Below are positions 20,257 through 29,587 of a DNA stretch of 64,000 nt, one piece after another (within the stretch, counting starts at the first letter, position 1; every line of letters starts with the position of its first letter). The position numbers and the translations under genes were made by a program. The notes below the pieces were generated by a model, which did no database searches, was not told the origin of the DNA, and saw only the letters and a list, made by a program, of their open reading frames with translations. The DNA is taken from contig CAXXDQ010000007.1 in NCBI GenBank assembly GCA_963664325.2, positions 416,001 through 480,000 on the forward strand, written 5' to 3'. The stretch comes from Desulfomonilia bacterium. Lineage in GTDB: Bacteria > Desulfobacterota > Desulfomonilia > UBA1062.

Positions 20257-21423
20257 CTATCTGTAATCCCTTATAATAGAGTCCACAATTCTCTGCATGT
20301 TTTCATATTGCCCTTCCATGCTTTCAAGCAGCTTGAACTGAGCTCTGGTCCGAATCAGATTCTGTTCTGGGTAATGAATCTTGAAGTAGTTATCGCCATC
20401 AATATAATCCGTGAAAAATCTGAGCCCGATAATGAAAGTCATGAGTCCGGATGAGAAGGCAAGGATATCTTTCTCGTCATTTTTGAGGTGACCTGCCAGT
20501 TGTGACAGAAAGCCCGTTGCAAATGCCTCGAAAAGAGAAATATTCATTGAAACCTTCCTGAGGTCTTTTTCGTCTTCAGCTCCCGTGTTTGCAGTCGTTC
20601 TTATCGAATCTCCAAAATCATAGAGCACGTAGCCGTTCATAACCGTATCAAGATCTATAATACAAAGTGCCTTGTCGTTCTCATCGAGAAGCACGTTATT
20701 GAACTTGGTATCATTATGCGTAATACGCAGGGGAATCTTTCCCTGACCTGCAAGATCAAGCACCTTCATCATTTCATTAACTCTTTTTTCGACAAAGGCG
20801 GTCTCCTGTTTCACAGTTACAGCTCTGTTTAAAGGATCACGCTGAATCACGCTGAAAAAGTCATTAAGCCTTTTTATAATATTATGAAAATCAGGTATCG
20901 TTTCATGCAGAGGTCCGCCCGGCAGATCGGCCAGACTTGCTTGAAAACAACCGAAGGCCCTTCCGCCTTCAAATGCCTGCCCTGCGGTTCTGACAATATC
21001 ATAGCTGTGGCAGTCTTTTATGGATATATACATCCGCCAGTAATCACCTCTTTCATCCAGAAAATACTTTTTCCCGTCGATTGCAGGTATCAGGGTAAGG
21101 CACTCTCTGTCAGGATCTGATCCCGGGATAATTCCAATTCTGCCCCGGATATGCGATGTAACCCTTTCAATATTATCCATCAGTTTTGGGATGTCCCTGA
21201 ATATTCTTCTGTTTATTCTCTGAAGCACATAATCATGGCCTGATTCCTGATGTATTTTAACAAGGAATGTATCGTTTATGTGTCCTGCTCCAATGCGTCT
21301 TGACTCAAAGGGTTTGCCGTTTATACGGAATTCCGGGACAATGTTTTCATTAATATATGCAAAAGAATTATCCATAATCTCTTTTTTTATCATAACTTTG
21401 GAAATGAACAAATACTGATTCAT
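20257..21423 (-). CDS. Aminoglycoside phosphotransferase family kinase (N-acetylhexosamine 1-kinase-like)
   Basis: GHINDT, LQRIN, HNDTKFNN, IDLDTVM, DFGD. Confidence 0.85.
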   Translation of the reverse strand: MNQYLFISKVMIKKEIMDNSFAYINENIVPEFRINGKPFESRRIGAGHINDTFLVKIHQESGHDYVLQRINRRIFRDIPKLMDNIERVTSHIRGRIGIIPGSDPDRECLTLIPAIDGKKYFLDERGDYWRMYISIKDCHSYDIVRTAGQAFEGGRAFGCFQASLADLPGGPLHETIPDFHNIIKRLNDFFSVIQRDPLNRAVTVKQETAFVEKRVNEMMKVLDLAGQGKIPLRITHNDTKFNNVLLDENDKALCIIDLDTVMNGYVLYDFGDSIRTTANTGAEDEKDLRKVSMNISLFEAFATGFLSQLAGHLKNDEKDILAFSSGLMTFIIGLRFFTDYIDGDNYFKIHYPEQNLIRTRAQFKLLESMEGQYENMQRIVDSIIRDYR

Positions 21424-21546
21424 GATCCTTAATAAATATCGGCATAAATATATGGGTTAAAATATCCGATTTTAAGGTTATAATACTGAAGACCCGCTGT
21501 CGGGCATAAAGTCTTATACCTGAAAACCACAATCCAAGGAGGATAT

Positions 21547-21762
21547 ATGGATAAAAAAGTATTAATTTTCGGAAAATCGGGTTGACCCTATACAGACCAG
21601 GCCAGGTCGGCCTATGGCGAGAAGGCTCAGTATATCGATGTCAAGAAAGACCCGTCAAAGATGAATGAATTGCTGAAATACTCAGGCGGCATACGCAGGG
21701 TTCCGGTTATTGTCGAGGACGGAAAGGCTGCAGTAGGATATAACGGCTCCTGAGGGGTATGA
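21547..21762 (+). CDS. Glutaredoxin-like UXX-star selenoprotein, 71 aa, with Sec at residues 13 and 69
   Basis: AAGGAGG RBS. Reads MDKKVLIFGKSG-U-PYTDQARSAY...RRVPVIVEDGKAAVGYNGS-U-GV*. In-frame TGA at 21583 and 21751, each followed by a hairpin. Confidence 0.85.
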
Positions 21763-21872
21763 GAACCGGCCGTGAGCCGGTTTCCATATATTTTTAAAAT
21801 TGAAGCCTGCAGCCAGCTATCTTTAATGTTATATGGTTAAATCTCCGAAATATTTTTGCAGGGGAGTTATTA

Positions 21873-22028
21873 ATGCATATAATTAAAGTTATCATCAAAA
21901 GGGCAGGCATTCTGGAGTTCGAGCAGAAGCACGTCCACGAGGACCTCTCTGAACAGATTCTTTCAGCGACGATGCAACCATCAGGTGCAGGAAACCAGAA
22001 GTTCCTGAAGTTCATTAACCCATGGTGA
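21873..22028 (+). pseudogene. 51-codon ORF resembling a degenerate nitroreductase N-terminus
   Basis: GGGGAG RBS. MHIIKVIIKRAGILEFEQKHVHEDLSEQILSATMQPSGAGNQKFLKF loosely follows the nitroreductase pattern (I..RRSIR.F..K.V.EE....IL.AA..APS..N.QPW.F). Confidence 0.45.
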
Positions 22029-22032
22029 ATAT

Positions 22033-24096
22033 ATGAAAACATATTATGCCTTGCCCGGACAGAGCTATCCGCTGGGTGCAACCGTTACAGGTGCAGGCAT
22101 CAACTTCAGCATTTTTTCCAAGAATGCACGTTCCGTTGAGCTGCTGCTTTTCGACAATCCCACTGACATTGAGCCTCTTGTCATAGAACTTGAACCGGAC
22201 AGCAACAAAACGTTCTACTACTGGCACTGCCTTGTCCCTGGTATTGAACATGGGCAGCTCTACGGCTTCCGCGTGGACGGCCCCTACAACCCTGCCGTCG
22301 GCCACAGGTTTGACAGGAGCAAGGTATTGATCGATCCCTATTCAAAGGCCATCGTCACCGAAGGCTACGACAGGGAGGCTGCAAAAAAACTGCATTATGA
22401 CAATATCGGCTGCTGCATGAAATCGGTTGTCGTTGATACGTCGATGTATGACTGGAATGGTGATAAACCGCTGATGATACCCCATTCCAAATCAATCATT
22501 TATGAGCTTCATGTCAGCGGTTTTACAAGGAATTCAAACTCGGGTGTCCCTCAAGATAAAAGAGGGACCTATGCCGGGCTTACCCAGAAGATCCCTTATC
22601 TCAAAGAGTTGGGAATCACCGCAGTTGAACTCATGCCCGTCCAGCAGTTTGACGACCAGGAGGCGCCTAAAGGCCTCTCAAATTACTGGGGATACAGCCC
22701 GGTGGCTTTTTTTGCCCCCCACAGTCACTACAGCTTTGATAAAAACCCCTACGGCCCGGTCAATGAATTCAGGGACATGGTCAAGGCATTGCATGCCGCC
22801 GGTATAGAAGTAATCCTCGATGTGGTTTTCAACCACACGGCCGAGGCCGATGAAAAAGGCCCGACCCTATCGCTCAAAGGCCTTCATAATTACGCATACT
22901 ACATCCTACAGGCTGACCACTCAAAATATGAGAATTATTCGGGATGCGGGAACTCTCTTAATGCAAATTTCTCAATAGTCCGGACCATGATTTTAGAATG
23001 TCTCAAATACTGGGTTTCACAGATGCATGTTGACGGTTTTCGATTCGATCTGGCATCTGTCCTCTGCCGTGGAGAAAAGGGGGAGCTGCTGGAGAATCCT
23101 CCCCTTCTCTGGTCAATTGAGTCAGACCCCATGCTTGCAGGAACTAAGATCATTGCCGAGGCCTGGGATGCCCGCGGGCTTTACCAGGTGGGAAAGTTTA
23201 TAGGCAGCCGTTTCGCAGAATGGAACGGGCCTTTCAGGGATGATGTCCGCAGGTTTATAAAAGGAGATCCCGGTATGGTGGAAAGGCTTTCCTCCAGAAT
23301 CATAGCAAGCCCTGACATATACACCAAGCCTGACAGGGAGCCTTACAGGAGCATCAATCTCATTACATGCCACGACGGCTTCACCTTGAACGACCTTGTC
23401 TCCTACAATGAAAAACACAATGAGGCCAATCTCCAGGATAATTCCGACGGCATGTCAGATAACTACAGCTGGAACTGCGGTGCGGAAGGACTGAGCCAGA
23501 AACCTGATATTGAAAAGTTAAGACTCAGACAGATAAAAAACCTTTTAACAATACTTGCCGCTTCTCAAGGCACGCCAATGATTCTAATGGGTGATGAAGT
23601 AAGGCACACGCAGAACGGCAACAACAATGCATACTGTCAGGATAATGTCATGACATGGTTTGACTGGGATCTCAATAGGATTAACGCCGGACTGCTCAGG
23701 TTCGTGACCATGCTGAACCGCTTCATCAGACCCTGCCATATATTTCAGGAGGAACATATCCTTTCAACAGCATACACTAGCACGAAACCGTATATTACAT
23801 GGCACGGAACCAGGGTTTCAAAACCAGACTTCAACTATGACTCGCACTCGCTTGCCTTTACGCTGACTCATCCCGGGTTTGGAGAGAAACTGCACGTTAT
23901 TCTGAATGCCTACTGGGAAGCCTTAGATTTTGAACTCCCAAGGCTTAAAAACCCTTTGTCATGGCGCAGGATAATCGATACATATCTTGACACACCTTAT
24001 GATTTCTGCGAGCCGGAGGATGCGCCCGCATTAAATGAAAAGTTCTATAAGGTTCAGCCAAGGTCCAGTGTCATTCTTATGGCAATGATGGGATAG
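22033..24096 (+). CDS. glgX: Glycogen debranching enzyme (GH13 isoamylase)
   Basis: YPLGAT, NYWGYSP, DVVFNHT, DGFRFDLA, IAEAWD, CHDGFTL. Confidence 0.95.
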   Translation: MKTYYALPGQSYPLGATVTGAGINFSIFSKNARSVELLLFDNPTDIEPLVIELEPDSNKTFYYWHCLVPGIEHGQLYGFRVDGPYNPAVGHRFDRSKVLIDPYSKAIVTEGYDREAAKKLHYDNIGCCMKSVVVDTSMYDWNGDKPLMIPHSKSIIYELHVSGFTRNSNSGVPQDKRGTYAGLTQKIPYLKELGITAVELMPVQQFDDQEAPKGLSNYWGYSPVAFFAPHSHYSFDKNPYGPVNEFRDMVKALHAAGIEVILDVVFNHTAEADEKGPTLSLKGLHNYAYYILQADHSKYENYSGCGNSLNANFSIVRTMILECLKYWVSQMHVDGFRFDLASVLCRGEKGELLENPPLLWSIESDPMLAGTKIIAEAWDARGLYQVGKFIGSRFAEWNGPFRDDVRRFIKGDPGMVERLSSRIIASPDIYTKPDREPYRSINLITCHDGFTLNDLVSYNEKHNEANLQDNSDGMSDNYSWNCGAEGLSQKPDIEKLRLRQIKNLLTILAASQGTPMILMGDEVRHTQNGNNNAYCQDNVMTWFDWDLNRINAGLLRFVTMLNRFIRPCHIFQEEHILSTAYTSTKPYITWHGTRVSKPDFNYDSHSLAFTLTHPGFGEKLHVILNAYWEALDFELPRLKNPLSWRRIIDTYLDTPYDFCEPEDAPALNEKFYKVQPRSSVILMAMMG

Positions 24097-24261
24097 ATGA
24101 AAATATGTCCCTGATATCGAACCTTGAGCCAGTGAATCCATAAATGCGATTCTAATCTTCGCCAGATAAAAGTCATAAGGCTTAACAGCATTCATTTCGT
24201 GTGATATAACATCAGGAGGCCTATATTTGCGCCAAATAAAGATATCTGGAGACCATTTGAC

Positions 24262-26379
24262 ATGAACGGTAAAAATAACCAGTCGGATAAAATCCATGAA
24301 ATCCCGGATGAGTCATCCGCATCATCTTCAGGAACCGATTTCATAAGGGCGATAATCAAGGATGATGTAGCCTCAGGCAAACACGGAGGCAGAGTTGTCA
24401 CCCGCTTCCCGCCGGAGCCTAACGGCTATCTCCATATAGGTCATGCAAAATCAATATGCCTTAATTTCGGTATTGCAAACGAGTTCCCTGAAGCCATGTG
24501 CAATCTGCGCTTTGATGATACGAATCCCAGTAAGGAAGACCAGGAATATATCGATTCCATTATCGAGGATGTCAGATGGCTCGGATTTGACTGGGAGGAC
24601 AGGTGCTATTTTGCATCCGACTACTTTGAGAGGCTCTACGAATTTGCCGAGAAGCTGATAAAGGAAGGGTCCGCTTATGTATGCGAACTGAGCGCAGAGG
24701 AGATAAGACAGTACAGGGGCACGCTCACCGAACCGGGCAGAAACAGCCCATACAGAGACCGCGGCATAGATGAAAGCCTGGACCTGTTCAGGCGTATGCG
24801 AGCAGGAGAGTTCCCTGACGGTTCAAAGGTGCTGCGTGCAAAGATTGACATGGCATCGCCTAATATTAACATGAGGGACCCTGTCGTCTACCGTATCCTT
24901 CGCTCGACACATCATAGGACCGGTGATGCCTGGTGTATTTATCCCATGTACGACTATGCTCATCCTGTTTCCGACTCGATCGAGAATATCACTTATTCGA
25001 TTTGCACCCTGGAGTTTGAAGACCACAGGCCGCTTTATGACTGGTTCCTGGAAAAGCTCGACATATTCCGCTCAAGGCAGATCGAGTTCGCAAGATTAAA
25101 TCTTAACTACACGGTTATGAGTAAAAGAAAACTGCTCGAACTCGTACAGAAAAAAATTGTCTCAGGCTGGGATGACCCCAGAATGCCTACAATCTCAGGG
25201 CTGCGCAGGAGAGGTGTTACCCCTCAATCCATAAGAGATTTCTGTGAACGCATCGGGGTGGCCAAAAGAGACAGCATCGTCGACATGGCACTCTTTGAAC
25301 ACTGCATACGCGAAGATCTGAATACAGGCTCTCCCAGGGCAATGGCTGTCCTTAATCCCCTTAAAGTCACAATTGAAAACTATCCCGAAGGTCTAACAGA
25401 GGACTTCGAAATACCATATCACCCCGACAAGGAGGAAATGGGTTCACGCAAGGTCCCTTTCTGCCGCGAAATTTATATAGAAAAGGACGACTTCATGGAA
25501 AACCCGCCTCCCAAATTTTTCAGACTTTCACCGGGACGCGAAGTCAGACTGCGCGGCTCATACCTGATTACCTGCAGGGATGTTATCAAGGATGCCGGAG
25601 GCAATTTAAGAGAGCTGCTCTGCTCGTATGACCCCCAGACCAAAGGCGGCAACGCCCCTGACGGCCGCAAAGTCAAGGGCACGCTCCACTGGGTCTCTGC
25701 CGTTCACGGCATACCTGCTGAAATCAGGCTTTATGACAGGCTTTATTCTGTCGACAATCCGACCGCCGAGGCTGAAAAGGCCGGGAAAGACAGCCTTGAA
25801 TATATTAATCCCGATTCAATGCTGAGCCTGCAGAATTCATTCATAGAACCTTCTCTCAAGGATTCAAAGCCCGGAGATCGTTTTCAGTTCGAGCGTCTTG
25901 GATATTTCTGCGTTGATTTAAAGGATTCGCATCCTGATAGACCTGTTTTCAACCGCACGGTGACACTTAAAGACACCTGGGCAAAAATCGACAAGGTCGC
26001 TCCCGTTATAGAGAAGCAGGTCAAGATGAAGCGGCCCGAGCTGAAAGATACCGCTGCAGAAACAATTACAATTGATGACTTTTCAAAAGTCGATCTGCGT
26101 TCAGGCATAATCCTCGAAGCTCAGAATGTCGAGGGTTCTGACAGGATGATCCGCCTCAGCATAGACGTTGGAGAAAAAAAGCCCAGACAGATCTTCGCAG
26201 GCATAAAATCCGCCTACCCCGATCCGTCCGTCCTTGCAGGCAAAACGGCAATCGTAGTCGTCAACCTGAAACCCAGACAAATGAAATTCGGGGTTTCAGA
26301 AGGCATGATACTTGCGGGCAGCGACCTTAAAATCTGCACCTTCGATGGAATTCCCGAACCAGGCGGCAAAGTCTCCTGA
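24262..26379 (+). CDS. glnS: Glutaminyl-tRNA synthetase with C-terminal Trbp111-like tRNA-binding OB domain
   Basis: [27 protein letters not shown]; tail [12 protein letters not shown]...[17 protein letters not shown]. Confidence 0.95.
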   Translation: MNGKNNQSDKIHEIPDESSASSSGTDFIRAIIKDDVASGKHGGRVVTRFPPEPNGYLHIGHAKSICLNFGIANEFPEAMCNLRFDDTNPSKEDQEYIDSIIEDVRWLGFDWEDRCYFASDYFERLYEFAEKLIKEGSAYVCELSAEEIRQYRGTLTEPGRNSPYRDRGIDESLDLFRRMRAGEFPDGSKVLRAKIDMASPNINMRDPVVYRILRSTHHRTGDAWCIYPMYDYAHPVSDSIENITYSICTLEFEDHRPLYDWFLEKLDIFRSRQIEFARLNLNYTVMSKRKLLELVQKKIVSGWDDPRMPTISGLRRRGVTPQSIRDFCERIGVAKRDSIVDMALFEHCIREDLNTGSPRAMAVLNPLKVTIENYPEGLTEDFEIPYHPDKEEMGSRKVPFCREIYIEKDDFMENPPPKFFRLSPGREVRLRGSYLITCRDVIKDAGGNLRELLCSYDPQTKGGNAPDGRKVKGTLHWVSAVHGIPAEIRLYDRLYSVDNPTAEAEKAGKDSLEYINPDSMLSLQNSFIEPSLKDSKPGDRFQFERLGYFCVDLKDSHPDRPVFNRTVTLKDTWAKIDKVAPVIEKQVKMKRPELKDTAAETITIDDFSKVDLRSGIILEAQNVEGSDRMIRLSIDVGEKKPRQIFAGIKSAYPDPSVLAGKTAIVVVNLKPRQMKFGVSEGMILAGSDLKICTFDGIPEPGGKVS

Positions 26380-26384
26380 GTCAT

Positions 26385-26411
26385 ACCGGGCGGATATCAC
26401 AATCCGCCTGG
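26385..26411 (+). terminator. Hairpin after glnS
   Basis: GGCGGAT-atcaca-ATCCGCC stem; no clear U-tract. Confidence 0.4.
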
Positions 26412-26543
26412 CATATCCGAAACATACTAACCCCTAATATTTTTGCTCAGGAATACAATATGTTCATCTCTATTATTTCTTGACATATTATGCATAATCA
26501 TATTATTGCTACAGATATTACATATACATAAAAGGAGGATGCC

Positions 26544-26852
26544 ATGGCTTGCAAGAGGATTACCATTTCACTTACCGAGGAACAGTTTAATCATTTCAGA
26601 GAGGTTCTACCAGCCAAAGCCAATATAAGCGAAGTCCTGGCAGACCAAATTGGCATGTTTGTTGAAGCAACAGGCAAATACGGTGATGATTTCATTCTGG
26701 ATGTCATGTGCAACAGGGGCAAATATTCAATACAGAAAAATGACCCCCAAAAGGACCTGCAATTGAAGAACCTCGGAACAAAAACAGCATCATCCAGAAC
26801 AAAGAAACCAGGCGCCGGCAAAATTGTTCGGGGCCCGAAATCCCAAAAGTAG
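26544..26852 (+). CDS. Small hypothetical protein, possibly ribbon-helix-helix DNA-binding
   Basis: AGGAGG RBS; N-terminus KRITISLTEEQ...NISEVL; basic tail. Confidence 0.55.
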   Translation: MACKRITISLTEEQFNHFREVLPAKANISEVLADQIGMFVEATGKYGDDFILDVMCNRGKYSIQKNDPQKDLQLKNLGTKTASSRTKKPGAGKIVRGPKSQK

Positions 26853-26886
26853 ACAGGTTTAACCCATGCTGCGATTAGCAAATCCT

Positions 26887-28474
26887 TTATCGCAGCTTAA
26901 ACCCAGTACATATTCTCCTGAACTCGGCGAAGTCCAGCTTGGAGTTGTGCCTTGGATCCCTGGGTATCCTATTCAAGATGAATATCCTGTACGGGTTTAA
27001 CTCTTTCAGCAACGTTCCAGCTTTCTCAATCAAATAATAATGCTGAGACTGAGGCAGACCCTGGCCGGGTTCCATGGCAACAAAAATTTTCCCTTCAACT
27101 TCCATTACAGCAGTAAAAGCTACACCCTCAATATCCATCAGCATCTGTTCATAGGGCAACGAATAAACATCACCTGAATCGGAATGCATGATGTTGTTGA
27201 TACGGCCTTGAAGATATATCCTGCCCGAAGGTTCAATCATACCGGCATCGCCTGTCCTGTGCCAGACTGTATCGCCGTCCATGACCTTGTTTGCCCCCCA
27301 TGCATCAATGCTTCCAAGATAAGATTTCAGGACATGAGGACCGGCCACAACAATTTCACCGACTTCACCGGGATGAACAAGATAATCGTCAATGCTTTTG
27401 CCATCTTCAATCCTGACAGCGCCATTTAATGGTTTCATAATCTTCACTCTGATCGATTGGTCAGGATAACCCGCAGCGACACCCAGTGAACTGTCGGAAT
27501 TTATAAAATCACTGATTTCAATCGAACTTATTGGCTCTGCCTCCGTACATCCGTATACGATTTCGATCCGGGTTCCTGAAAAAGCTTTTTCAAACTTTTT
27601 CGCAAGCATTTTCGAAACGGGAGCCCCTCCTGTATAAATGCCTTTTAGTGTAATCCGTTCATTCTTTTTCATCAGGTAATCGGCCAGCTTTTCATAAAAT
27701 GCTGGTGAGCCGACACTTGTATTTATTTCGCATTCTTTTATCTGTCTTACAATGGAACCGGGGTCAAATTCCGAGGGTTTTGCCGGGTTGAACTCAGGCA
27801 GAACGCTTGTTGCACCTGCACCCAGATTGCAGAATACGAAGACGGGCAATGCGGTGAGGTCGATATTACTGCTCTCAATCCCGATATGCCTGATCAAGAC
27901 ATTGAACTGCTCAGACAAAAAACCATGAGTACGGTCGGCACCTTTGGGCATTCCTGTACTGCCAGTAGTCAACGTTACCAGTCCCTCATCATCGTCGTCA
28001 ATATCTTCGGGCCCTGAGTCATTATATCCACCGGACAGTTCAGGCAGGAAAAGAACCCGGTCGAGAACTTTTACCGGTATTTTCCTGATCTCCGGAACGA
28101 TCATTAAAAGCTGCGCTTTCAGGCATCCGATAAATCCCTTCGGTAAAACAGTGGCGCATGCATTTTTCAGCCTTTCCCTGCCGGCCCACGCATCCATGAA
28201 CACAGTAACGGCACCTATATAGAAAACCGCCAGGACAATCACATATGAATTCATAACTCATGGGTGTAAAGACCACTATCCGATCACCCTTCTTAAATCC
28301 CATCTTTCTGAGACGGAAAGCCACCAGCCTGATATCGGCCATCATCTGCGAGTAAGTGAACTTTCTGTATCCTGCCCTATTGAATACACCTTTTCTCTTT
28401 TCAACTATGGCTGCCTTTTCAGGATACTTTCCTGCTGTTTCGATAAGGGTAAAGATAATATTCTTTTTGGACAT
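26887..28474 (-). CDS. AMP-binding acyl-CoA ligase / OleC-like adenylating enzyme, split by a one-base frameshift near 28250
   Basis: Joined reading PMSYE(L)YVIVLAVF; TTGSTGMPKG, YGCTEAEP, WHRTGDAG, DPRHNSK. Confidence 0.82.
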
Positions 28475-28482
28475 GGCCTTTA

Positions 28483-29577
28483 TTATCCGGTGAATGTTCC
28501 AACGACAAACCGCTTATAGAATGGCGCCTTGTCTCTTCTTGTAAGTCTTTCCGAAAGCTCCTGTTCGTATGATATTCCTATCCCGTCAGGAATCATCCTG
28601 TCGACCAGCAGGTTCCAGAAGGCAAATCTGGCGCCCCTGGCCGCTCCCTTTGTAAGATATTTCAATTCTTCTTTATGCTCTTTAACATTCATGTATTCGA
28701 ATATATCCGACAGATTATAGGCGTTGAACCTGACCGAACCATAGCTGTCAATACAGCTGTTTATGCCACCCTGATATATTTCTATCCTGTCAAGGCGCGA
28801 TTTTATGAGCTCATAATTCTCCTTTCTCAGATAATGCGGCAGGGCATGCAGGGGATAGTTGCCGGTCAAAATGCAGTTCAGATACGGATTATCGTAAATG
28901 CTGATATTCGTGAAATTGAAGTCCGTCCTTTTCTTGAATGAACCCGCGACATCCGCATCGACATATTTGAAGAACTCAGGGTCCCGCCCGATCCTTCCGA
29001 CGATAAGCCTGTTGAAAAACAGCTTGAACATGATCCTCCAGTTCAGGTTATCCCATACTTTATAATAATAGCCGCACTGCTCGGGGATGCTCTTCTTTTC
29101 AAGAAGCCTTTCTACCGCACCTTTCCCATGCATCATGGGCAGTATGAACCGCCTGAATATATGAAAGAATTTTTCAAACTTGCCAGCATGTATGATGCCT
29201 TTTTCTATCAGGCGATGGTTGTTCTCCCAGAGATTGAGGGCGAATTCGCTTAATCCGCCTTTGATCCGGTTGAAAGTCCATAATCTGTCATCGGATTTTT
29301 CCACACCGATGAAAGCAAGCATTTCATCGTATGTGAGCTTTGCAAACGCCTGTTTTCTCATTTCAATACAGGCGTTCTGAACAGGATTAAAATCAACTGC
29401 GACAACCTTTGCCGGGTCGTATACGAGCATGGAGAGGGAATTATCACCTGCAGAGCCAATTGATATGCAATTATGCCCTGCTTTGATGTCGAGCGCTTCA
29501 AGCAGGATATCCGCATCTTCCCAGCAGCTTGCATAACGTATGAAATCGAATTTCGCCCTGTTTTTAATATCCGCCAT
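28483..29577 (-). CDS. DUF3419 / BtaA-like SAM-dependent 3-amino-3-carboxypropyl transferase
   Basis: YASCWED, SIGSAGDN, VDFNPVQ, LSDIFEYM, RDKAPFY. Confidence 0.85.
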   Translation of the reverse strand: MADIKNRAKFDFIRYASCWEDADILLEALDIKAGHNCISIGSAGDNSLSMLVYDPAKVVAVDFNPVQNACIEMRKQAFAKLTYDEMLAFIGVEKSDDRLWTFNRIKGGLSEFALNLWENNHRLIEKGIIHAGKFEKFFHIFRRFILPMMHGKGAVERLLEKKSIPEQCGYYYKVWDNLNWRIMFKLFFNRLIVGRIGRDPEFFKYVDADVAGSFKKRTDFNFTNISIYDNPYLNCILTGNYPLHALPHYLRKENYELIKSRLDRIEIYQGGINSCIDSYGSVRFNAYNLSDIFEYMNVKEHKEELKYLTKGAARGARFAFWNLLVDRMIPDGIGISYEQELSERLTRRDKAPFYKRFVVGTFTG

Positions 29578-29587
29578 ATTCCAACCC

